Under the pieces are notes generated by a model. The model was not told where the DNA came from. It searched no databases and saw nothing but the letters and a program-made list of their open reading frames with translations. Source: Obrimoposthia wandeli (Eukaryota). From it: DNA of 64,000 nt. The position numbers and the translations under genes are program-made. The stretch's first letter is position 1. Each line of letters opens with the position of its first letter. The stretch is taken from the NCBI GenBank assembly GCA_977020255.1, contig CDROCS010002642.1, positions 124,001-188,000 of the forward strand. Direction: 5' to 3'. Positions 28,501-40,500 of the stretch are shown one piece after another.

Positions 28501-31500
28501 CTTACAGGTGAATAATTACTGTACTATTCCATCTGGAGTTTGATCTTGGTGGAGGAATTTTAGGTAATTTTATTTATGAGTTTAAATCATATTCGCAGAA
28601 ATAACGAATAGCTTTAGTAAGCCGCAATAATAGCTTATAATCATCACGACGTGTTTCATCATCAAGCAGGCTATAATTTGGAATATATTCCAATATTTTC
28701 TGATCATAATTTTTTAGCATTATCTGAATGAAACTATAATCCATATTTGATGTAAATCCTGTTTCAGTTATAATGTTTTTGAATTCAGCTCGCCACACAA
28801 GTAAAAACGACATCCAATAAATCTTGGAATTACATCTCGTAACTTTGTGCAACACCATTAATACAACCTAAAATTAATAATATATATAAGTTTAATTATT
28901 TACCTGTATTAACTACTTCCGTATCACTAAAGAGATTATCGAATTTATTTTTGAGGAATTCGCGTATGTCTTTCATCAAAGTTTCATATTAAGTTGCTGA
29001 GTGATTGTTATTTATCTCACATAAAACTAACATCTTACCAACTTTTCCTTTCGATAATGCAATATCCAAAAGTTATCTTTTCTTTCGGTAAAGATACATA
29101 TTTTTCATATCATAATGCAAAACGTTGAGCCAATCAAAACTTTGCATTGAAATGTTAATTTTTTGAGCGACATAGTATTACGCCATATTCCCCTGATAGA
29201 TGGAGATGGATTTGTAAAATGTTTCATAACTTTTGCGATTACCTCAATGATAAATTGTCTTTGTTGCGTATAATATATGTGGAATTCCCTTGAAGCGAAG
29301 CTTTGTGTTCATTAGGAGGTATATATAAATCATCTTTATCAATTTTATTATTTAAAGTTAAATCATCATCACTAATTGAAATAAACGATTGCTCGAAATT
29401 ATAGGATTGGTTATGAACCCTTTATTTCTGTGAAGGATGGAAGGAGATAAATACTTTTTTGGTCCAACAATAACCTGCCCTTGTTGTCATCTGATGTTGA
29501 TGAAATTCGTTGTATTTTTTGGTAATTATCTTTGAATTGTTATTGCGAATATTGAATGGTTGATTGAGAAGTGCCTCTAATTGTGTAACTTTACCATTTA
29601 TTTAAAATTTTATCAAACTTTAATAATAACATGTTTAATAATAACATGTTAAATAAAATAATAAAATTGATATATTATATAATAATAGCATTTAATTCTA
29701 TAATGTAATACCATTATATATAATATTATTATATAATACAATACTAACTTTGTTATAAACACTTTGTATCTTTCTAGTAGGAATAGAACATTTTCCCCAC
29801 TGCATCAATATTCCATCTGTTACGCAACCATTAACTTTTTTCTGCTTTCCCCATTCTTTTCTTCTTGCATTCCTTTTACTCTTCCAATAATTTATTCGTT
29901 CCACAATAATTACTCAACGATTTCAAAATTATTTGAATGTTTCTAAATTTTGAGATTTGAATGGTTCGAACGTGTTTTATGAATTTTTAAATTATTACTC
30001 ATGTTTAATGTATATTATCAAATATATAGATTAAATGATTATTAGAAATGGATTTAATATTACGATACGTCAGAAATATTTTATACTTTTAATAATTTAG
30101 TTTAATTTGTGACTACACAACTTTGATAATATCAACTTTAAGTAATAGAAAAATTAAAAAAGTGATCTTGCTTTCTTTAAACCTGCGAGGTTTTTTAGAA
30201 AATTTTGCATAAATTTACATATTCATGAATAATATATAAAAACTCATTTATATTCGTGAAACTTTTCGATATTTAATTTTGTCAACACCCTAATGTACAG
30301 TCAAAATGACCACCAGGCGATTGGAAGCACCTTATTTTTGCGGTATTCTAATATTAATAATATTCGTTCACATTTAACAGATAAAGGTTTTCAGTTCGTT
30401 GTTTTAGTTCGTTCATTGTTCATATCTTTATTATTTGTATCATGCTAGTGATAACGATAGATATCAACTGAAATCACTGATGGTGCTAGGCCATTATGAC
30501 AGGAAGTGCAAAGAGAGAACAAATAAATTCTAGGTAGTGTACTCAAAAATAGCACTATTTAAATTTAAGCCTTCAGAAAAGAATTTCAAGAAACATTTTT
30601 AATTGTAGACAAAAATCAGAAAGTTTTATTTCTTAACAAACAATTAAAAGCAAAGTAAATCAAGAAAATGTAAATTGATCTACACAATGAAATTCGAAAT
30701 TCGAAATTAAATAAATATATTATTAATAATACATTTATTTTCATGGATTATATTTGTTCTGGAGTTTACAAATGTAAAGGAAATTTTTTATGAGTTTTTA
30801 AACTTGAATATTTCTGAAGTACTTTTTAAATTCATAACTAATTGATTAACATAACTAACTAAAGCCAACTTAATAAATAGAGAATCCAATTGAATACGAG
30901 AGTTTTTAATTCAATTTTATTCCGACAGAGTACAGTCAATGTGAAACTTTTGATTATTAAAAAGAATGTTTAGGCTGAGATGGACAATTCAAGATAAGTA
31001 AAAGAGAAGATTTGTAAATGCAAGAAGGCAGCCGACAGAAAAAAAGTAAAAGCACAATCTTAGAATGGTTAAAGCTCTTTTAGACGAAGACAACTTCCTC
31101 GCAGTAAGCAGTATATCAGATATGTCAGATCTTTCCCAAATAATGGTGATGCGTATATCAGTGCATATGACTTGAAACACAAAGGGTACTGTCACACAAT
31201 GGGTCCCACAGTCACTTTCTGATATGATAAAGGTTCAAAGAGTCGAATAAAGAATTAAATCACTATCAACGAAACTTTCTTGTTTAAACATTGTCACTAT
31301 TAATAATAAATAGTTCAATCTAAGACATCTGGAGTCAGCAAATGAGACTGATTGTTGGTTGACTCGAGGTGGTAACGATTGTGTAACGATGGAGAATTAC
31401 AACCATCTCAATGCAACACTCCGTATGTCCAGGACTACCTGGGCGTAGCTACAAGAAAAGAGCGCCCGACTCATTAATCAGTCAGTATATTTTCCGGACT

Positions 31501-34500
31501 GCAATTTATGCGACCGTTTTATCTTTGGAAAACAGAAGTCCAAATAATAGTTAATTTGAATATATTTACTGACCAAAGAATGACAATGGTTATGTTAAAT
31601 TTCACTAAGACTTGCTAAAGATTTTAGACAATAATGGAGCTGGTTTATAATCATTTTCCGTGTTAAGTTTTTATAATAACATAACGTTTGTGGAAATAAT
31701 GTTATGGGAATTATAAAAAAACGCACTTTTTACGGTGTAGCGTACATATTCATCAAACGATAAAATAAACATTACATCAAAATGTAATAAAATATCATAT
31801 GATAATTTTGATTAGGCAGCCATGGCCTTCAGATTTGTCGTCGCTGAAAGTGCGCGGAAACTGCTTGTATCAATCTTGACTGTATAGACCGCATTGTTGA
31901 TGAATCTTAGACGGCGCCTGTACACCCTGAATTTGACGGCAAATGTCAAATTAGTATTTCAAAATTATCTATCTGGGTCGCAAGTCGACAGGACAATGTT
32001 TACTGTAGACTCCTCTGATTAATTTAGCTATTTGAAATGTTACCGAATTTGAAATACGAGTTAAATCTTTGGTTCATTCTAATTGTTTGACTTCAATTCT
32101 CAGACTTTTTTTAATTAAAATATATTTCATTTTGCAGACGTCTGCAGAATTCCATACTCTATGACTGTTTCTCTGAAATTCTTTGAACATTGTAGTTCCA
32201 TTGATGTGTCGTAGAACTCGTAGTTTTTCTGAAGACTCGTATATGCAAGATAATCAAGATAATTATTTTTGACGATTCTATAAATAAATGGGAATATATA
32301 TTATTTTAGTCATATCGACACATCTTTAGTTTCTTTGTTGCAGAAATTCCCAGAAATGTTATCATATTTCTAAACACAAATTAATTAATATTAAAATTAA
32401 AATTAATTCAATAAAATTGAAATAAATGTTGACCTTACCAAAGTATAAGATCGACGTATATTATGTCCCACAAAACTGATTAGAATTCTAGGAATAAAGT
32501 ATTATTTAGTCAAAGATCCATTAAAGATATATACCTCCCTAGATCATTAATTTTGACTTCATAAGGGAGTATATATGTAGGCCTGAACAAATAGCTTATC
32601 GAGATATCTTTTAAAAAACTTAAAATGCAAACACAAAATAAAAACTTTTGTAACAGACAGTAATTTTCCGTAATCTTGATTCTTTTTCGTTTCCGTTCTT
32701 ATTATATTTTATTCCTTATTGGGATTTTGTTTATGTCACTATAACAATTTCCTATAAGCCTCGGACGATAAAATACATCGGAAATGTTACATGTTGGGTT
32801 CTCGTGGGGTATACATGTAACACAATATGGCTATATCACGGTTCTTAAAAATTATATTAACTATATTTTTGTGAATTCATGTGACATATATTTTAAACGT
32901 AAAACATGAAACGTGAAAACAAAAATTAAGAAAATTTCTCAGATTAACCTGCATTAAACAGACTCCTCTCGTAATACGCTGTTTTTTGTTTACAAGGTGA
33001 TCCTAATGTCTTTCTCTGTGATATATAAATATATATATTTATGGTTTTAAATATTTCTCAAAGTTCCTTAAAACTTTTATAAAACAACCTAAAATTATAT
33101 TAGCAAAAGAAAGAATGACAATTATAATTTCTAATTTTTCCTCAGATGTTCCTAAAGATCATCCTATATTGACACTTGCAAAAATATTTATTTCTCTGAT
33201 AACTCTTCTAGTACTTGGTATTTAAACAGACAAAACTTCAGGCTGTTCCTACGTATTCTCTGAACAGCTGTGCAAGTGTATCTTAACTCACTAGCCAGTT
33301 TTATTATGCATATTTATTTGTGATCTATGTTGACTAGAATATTTTGAATTGCTGTCTTCCTTTTCTCTTCTTTAGTTGGATAACCAATTCTTTCATATTT
33401 CGTTCTTAAAGCCATTGAAATGATGAACTTTGAATATAATAACGCTATATTTACACGTTCTTCTATCGCCAACATTTTGATGAGTAACATTGATTAATAT
33501 AGCAATTCGACACAGCAAAAAGGAATATTTTAATCTTCCCATTAAAGAAAGTATGTTTTAGAAAATATGTAAGTAATGTAGAGTGTCGTTTTAACTCATG
33601 AGCATAACAGACCCTCTCCACTTGAGTTATGACCTGATGGGCTGTTGAGCTGAACCATTATCAACAAGAGCCAAAGGTCAAGTCACTTGCACTTTGACCC
33701 TTTCTGATAAGGGTTCAATTCATAGCTCATCAGCCCATGGATCAGCGGTGTCAAGGCCGGAGTCGACTGAGTTCAGTTTACTATAAAATTTCAAATGCTT
33801 ATGATCTACTCTGGAAAATCCTATTATTTGAATTGATTGACTTGAAATTTTGAGTAGAAATTTATTTTTATTAATAATCATAATGTAGTTAAGTAATAAA
33901 AAAAAAGAAAAATATGTTTTACCTTAAACATTTTTCAATCAAAAAAATTTTAACATATTTTCCAAAAATTATTTTGTTACAACAAATACCATTTCTAGTG
34001 GTTAAAAATTGAGAAAATCAAAATCAAAGACGTTTGTACTAACAATATTTATTAGATACATATTAGATACACATGTGTTGTGCTTATGCACATATACAAA
34101 TTTAAAGACTTAGTTAGACAGTGACGACGATGATGATACACAACTATACAGAACTATACTACTGATTAAATATATTTACAAGTCTGATTAAAATTTATTT
34201 ACAAATTTAATCAGAGGTTATAATGCCTGTACGTCAAAGATGTATAGTGTATAGTTGTTGATTGTGAATTAAAATACGGGTTTGACCAACACTAATCACT
34301 TCACCCGTCTCGACAATTGAGGTTGTGCTCATGTCTAATATCAGTTTAACACAACAAAACCTCTTTAGCCGTCATACAAGTTTTCAGAGAATAACATTTT
34401 GGCTTCAGGAATATCCATTCATCAAACTCCACGCTCCACTACTTTCATCCTTGAATTTTTCAATGACGATTTTAAAAGCGTCATTAAACAATTTATGATC

Positions 34501-37500
34501 CGGACTGCAGTTGCTGATATCTAACAACCCATCGAAAATAATTTCGGATAATAAGTCTGCCTTGTTTTATTCTTACACTCGAGGAAAAATGAATCGGTAT
34601 CCATCAATTAAATTTCCGACTATATTGTTTTAATTCGGCATATTGCAGCTTATACATATAGGTAATGCTCAAACGTAACAGGTTATGTTCTGATTTTAAA
34701 TTCAGCACCGAGAAATAAATAAAACTGTAATATGGCGGAATGGGTAATAATTTTTTGTTGTTGGTGTTAATGATAATCTGCGTAATTTTAAGACTGGAGA
34801 ACACTCATGACTGGATGCAAGTTGTAAGTCGTCAAACCTGTTATGTATATTAAGCTGGATATTCAAGTCGACTTCCCTCAAGTAACCATAATCTAAACAG
34901 TTTAAACCATTCAGATTGTTATTAGAGTCCCTTTCGGTTAAAAGCTCAATAAGTATTCAAATTTGGAATGTATCCAACTAAAGTGGGCACGAAGCAATGT
35001 CTGAATCAAGGCTCAAACGTACAAGTTATTAATATTGATCTAGAAGAAAAAAGTATTATTGTCCAACTTGCGATAAAATTTATTAATAAAAGGCATTTCT
35101 CCTTTAATGCGGGCTTCAAACATGTTATACATTTCTGGGTCATGTAGTAATTCTACAACTAAGACTCGTGTGCTAAAGAAATTAAGATCCTCTAGATTGT
35201 AATCGTCTCTGACTTTTTGTCTCAAGACTTCAAACGCATCACATAGAAAATATACGCCTCGACACATTTACTCCAACATATAGTCTTTGATGATAGTAGA
35301 CCTAATAGATCCCCTAATAGACCCACATCCTAATAGCCTCTGCGTATTGATTATTGATAACACTAACCAAACATTGTAGTAATTTGGTCTCACTACTGAT
35401 ATATGTATAAGGAAATACATCTTAGGAAGCAATGATACTTGTGTTTATGTACCTATTTGTGGAAGAAGCAGACAGAAGAATCTTTACTAGAGAATCAAGA
35501 CTACTGGTTGAAAAAAGGTATAAATCAATGAATTTAAATTTCCCTCGTTGCATCTCAATACGAAGAGAGTACACATAAATATAATTGATAAAATTTCAAG
35601 TGTAAACCCATCACACTCAAGGTACTATATATCTCTATTTTATTATTGAGTTCGGTCGTGCTATTAGTAATAATAGCTTGCTTGAAAATATTGGCTGTAC
35701 AACTAATGTGCCATGACTTTTGATTACCTCCCTTATTGATCAATTCAGTATATATGCCATACTACATTTTATAAGAACTAAAGCATCAATACGTCCAACT
35801 AATTTACCTTTATTTTCTTCATATATACCTTATTTTTTAATATTTTCAGCAACAGTGTCCAAAGTCGCAAATAAAGTCACAGATTAAAACTTGTCAAAAT
35901 TAAAAATACAATTTTAATTTGCTTAATCTTATCCGTTTAAAATTTTGGCGCAAAATTACGTATAACTAAATTAAAATGACAAATGCTATACATAGGCAAA
36001 AATTTAACGCCATTAGCTTTTCAGTGTTTTCAGCTAACTTTATTTAAAACTCTTCCACGATCACATATAAATTTGAAATGTGAATAATTTTGGATATTTT
36101 AGACCTGTTTTCTTTTTTTGCAATTATAAATTTAATTTGCATGACGAATAAAAAATAAGTTAAAAGTAATTAACTCATTTTCTACTCTCTACATAAGCAT
36201 GTTTATATGCAATTAGTAATCATATAGAATATAAATGCTTCAATTAATGGATGATGCATTATATTTGCGAGGTCGAATTGTTGGATAGATTTTGAATAAG
36301 CTTTCGTAGTTCCAAACTATGTTTACTCTTATTTTACTTTATTTGAATCCTGAACTTTCCGCACATTTATAATTTATACACACTCGGAAGACAAACAATT
36401 GAAAAATACGCCAGGAACATTTACTATACAAATCATTTATGCGTGTAGCTAATGATTCAGAATTGGAATCTGTACACACATCATAAATGACACTAGATTT
36501 TAAAGCCATAGCTGGCAATATCTCTAGTTTAAGAGTACAATTAAACTTTTATAATATACGAAAAATACTCAATTAACAGCTAATGAAACGAATAAATGAT
36601 ACTGCATACTATAGAAAAATACAAAATACAAATACAAGGGTATAAAAGATAAATTATATGCTTGTTTATACGACTATCAGAATTTTTAATAAAACCTTGA
36701 ATTCTAAAACAAAACTATTTAAAGAGTATATATTGTAAATTTTCAAATGCATTTACTTCCACAGGTCACACGTTTCCCAATCTCTATGTAAGATAGAGTT
36801 TTGTCAAAAAGTTTTTTTCGCCAAATCTCAACTGTATTTTCCATTTTTGTAAGAAAAAAAAATGATCCTGATAAATCGAGGTAGTAAGCAGAATGATGGG
36901 GTATGTATGATATGTATGGGTATGATATGTATGGCGTATTGGGATTGACAAAATAATTACAATACTATATGGAAATTATTTTTTTGTACTTTTTTGGAGG
37001 TAATCGATGCGAATTCCTATACTTTTTAAAAAACCTTTGTACTATAGAATCCCATACGAGTCCAAATACTTATTTAAGAATAATTTTCATATCCAATTGT
37101 TCTAAAAGTAATTTTAATTAGAATTAAAGTTAGAAGTATCAATTTCATATAAGAAATACGGATAGTGTCTAAATATTTGATTTAATATTACTAAGTATAA
37201 ATAATTTCATATTTGCAAGTTTCTATAAGATAAGTGAAACCTTATGATTTACATTATGTGAGTAGCTAAATATCAAACTTTTTTGCAGGTGGTCATAATT
37301 GCAGTGTATTCCTACTTCTTCTGCCAGCTGTTCTCGTCTCAATTTCCTGTTCAAGCGAATGGACACATCGGCAACTACACCCACCTCATTGATCTTTCAG
37401 GGCACAACATTGACTTCTTTTTCTATCCGCTCTTCACAGTGTTCCAGTTCCTCTTCATCATGGGGTGGCTCAAGGTTGGTGATGTCAAGGTTGCGATAAG

Positions 37501-40500
37501 AAAACATTTCCCAAATTGCATATTTGAATTCTAATATTTTTTAAGGAATGAATAAGATTTTAAAATCGAACACAATAATATTTGGTGCTGAAGAAGAGTA
37601 TTCACATAAAACTCCGTTGAATCTAACAGTGTAGCTACAATAGGTCATTGATGATTATCTTAATCTCTTTTGGCTTTAAATCACTCTATTACTTTTATAT
37701 GCTTGTCATATGCTTGTCATTATACTCATGAAGAACATAACAAATGGAGTTGATTTTTCACCATACAATATATTCAATGGACGTTTTGCATTAGAATCTC
37801 TCACAGTTACTGTCTGAACTACAGTTACTTCAAACGACTGTTGGTTACTGCTAATAGTAAAAAATGGCGATAGCAAAATTTGAAAATTATTAAAAGAAAC
37901 TCATTTATAATGAGTGTCGAGGCAAACCTAAAGAAGGAATATTTTAAGAAGATCTGTAATTCGGTTTACTATACGGCAAATAATACGATAAAATTGACGA
38001 TACTGTATCAGATCCTGAATACTTCACATGCGGTGTTCCTCAACTTTCAATTTTTTTTCGATTTATACTTCATCAATCGTAGCAATTATTAAGAAATATT
38101 TCCACATGTGACTATGAAATACCATTATCTGAAATTAACAATATTACTAATCAAATATCCATGTGGATGAAATCAAGACAATTAAAGATTAATGAAAATA
38201 AAACTGAATTTAAGAATAACATAAATCGTATAAAAAACGTTTCAGACATATCGATGAAAATATGATTAATTTCAAAAGTAAAATAAAGAACATTGGTTGA
38301 ATCCTTGATGAAAACATTACAATGAACTGTCAAATTAAGAGTGATCATGTCTCGATGTAATTTTCGCATGCGTTAACATTGTAGTTATATCAGTAGAAAG
38401 ATATTTTGTTGAAGAATTAATTTTTAATGATAGAATAGAATTAAATACTAAAATATTCTAAATTAGTAAAATAAATTAAATAGTGGGCCATGAAATGACG
38501 GTGAGGGGTGAGTAATGAAAGTAGCGAAGAAGGTCAATAAACAGTTTTTAATATGTTAAAATGTTACCAGTTGTTTGATCAAAATGGTTGTTAACAAAGT
38601 TGTTATGGTAGAGTTAGAATTTAAAAGTTTAAAAAAATGGTTTATGATCAATAAAAAAGTAGTGGATTTAATTCTATGTTTTATGTATTTACTCGTCCCT
38701 CAAACATATTTTCTTATTAGGTAAAAAGAAAATGCCTTACTATTGATATAACTACAATGCTTTTTGTACATAAAGATGACTATCAAGTATCAAAGCCTTT
38801 TAAACAATTTTATGCTTAGTTTAGTCTAATTATTCTAAATAATCATTAACGTTTCAATTATTCATATTGAATCATTCATATTTTGGGTGATCTCAAAATA
38901 TGGCATTTATCATTTGTATATAGAATGGCTTAAGAATATCCAAATATTGCAATACTAAAAACAATGATATAGACTCAGAACGATGGAAAATAGTCATATC
39001 TCATCCTAGGTCTGCTGATAGACGGAAATCCTGTGTGTTTTTTTCTTCGTTTCTTTTGCACATAAAATGATTCATGCAAATAGTAGAGTGGACTTCCTTT
39101 GTATCATACAACACAGACGCCAAGCATTAGTAAGATCGAGCTGTAAAGCATTTGTATGAAGTAGCCAATGCCACGTTTTGAACATATTGATATTCTTTAA
39201 CTGCATTATCTTTGGGGTCCACTCATCTCATTCCTTCATTACACATTGGTATTATCTTTGGTAGAGGAACTTATAATTCACCATCTTCTGTCTCGAAACG
39301 TGTGACAGTACCTTTTGGTTTTGAACTTGAAAAATTAGCGCCAATCTTTATAGTGTGATTACAAAACCACAAATAGGTCTCATCATACCTTTAATCAGCT
39401 GCTGTTATAATAACTTTCATCATTTGACTAATTATCAAGTTTTGTTGCAATACAAATTGCATTTTTAAAAAATATATAGCAAAAACTGTGGAAGTACATT
39501 TTGTTTAAATGTATTACCGTACTTCCGCAGTTTCGGCTTCATAATAAACAAATACCAATATGGTATAAATAATGCAATTTCAAAATCACAAGACATAAGT
39601 TCAATTCAATTGATTGTTTATTTTAAGTTTCGGTTTCGATACCATTTTGTAAAACAAGTTTATATTTGGAATTTTAGAACTAATTCACTAACACAGTTGT
39701 TTAATAGACAATAGACAATAGACTTATACATCTACTGAATTGCTTTTTACATGTCTAATTTTCAAATATGCGTGTTCTTTAGACTGCAATTATTGTTTTA
39801 TTTTTTCTAAGGTGCACTCGCATTTATATTATATATATATTTCATTTAGTTTATATCAATAAATTAATTAAATCAAACAAGTTTAAATTACAATAGCGGG
39901 AGTCATTAAAAAATACATAAGATTTCATATTATATTTAAAAGTTTAAAATAATAATATTTGTAACTTCATATCGAAACTTCCTAATTCATTTTGAGTCTT
40001 TTTTCTTGGTTGATACTTTCTATATCTTGTAAATGCTCTTTCATCTGCATCATTCACAGATAGTATCCGTGAAGCCTTTTCATCATTATGTTTTAATAAA
40101 AGAGATTTCCATTTTTCAAGGTTGTGCATTGATAATGTTAATCCATTCTAATGATATATTATTCTGAAGTATTTCCAAAGAATCATCAATGACTATATTT
40201 TGTTCCAAATCTTTTTTAATATTATTACAAAGTATGTTATAAAACGTTGCTAAAAAATAAACAAAATTGTTAAAGAAGATGGGGGTTTTCTGTAGATAAT
40301 GATTTAAACTATACAGAATTTTTTTAACAAAAATGCAATAATTTCTCTATACAATCACCGAGCTTTGTCCAAAACAAAAGGTATTATAATACATACAGGT
40401 TTTTCGCCATTCAAGGCACATTTTCATAAGTAATCAAATTCTTTGTGATCTTCGCGCAAATACACCTTTTTTTTCAATAATACTTTAAATGACAATATTT

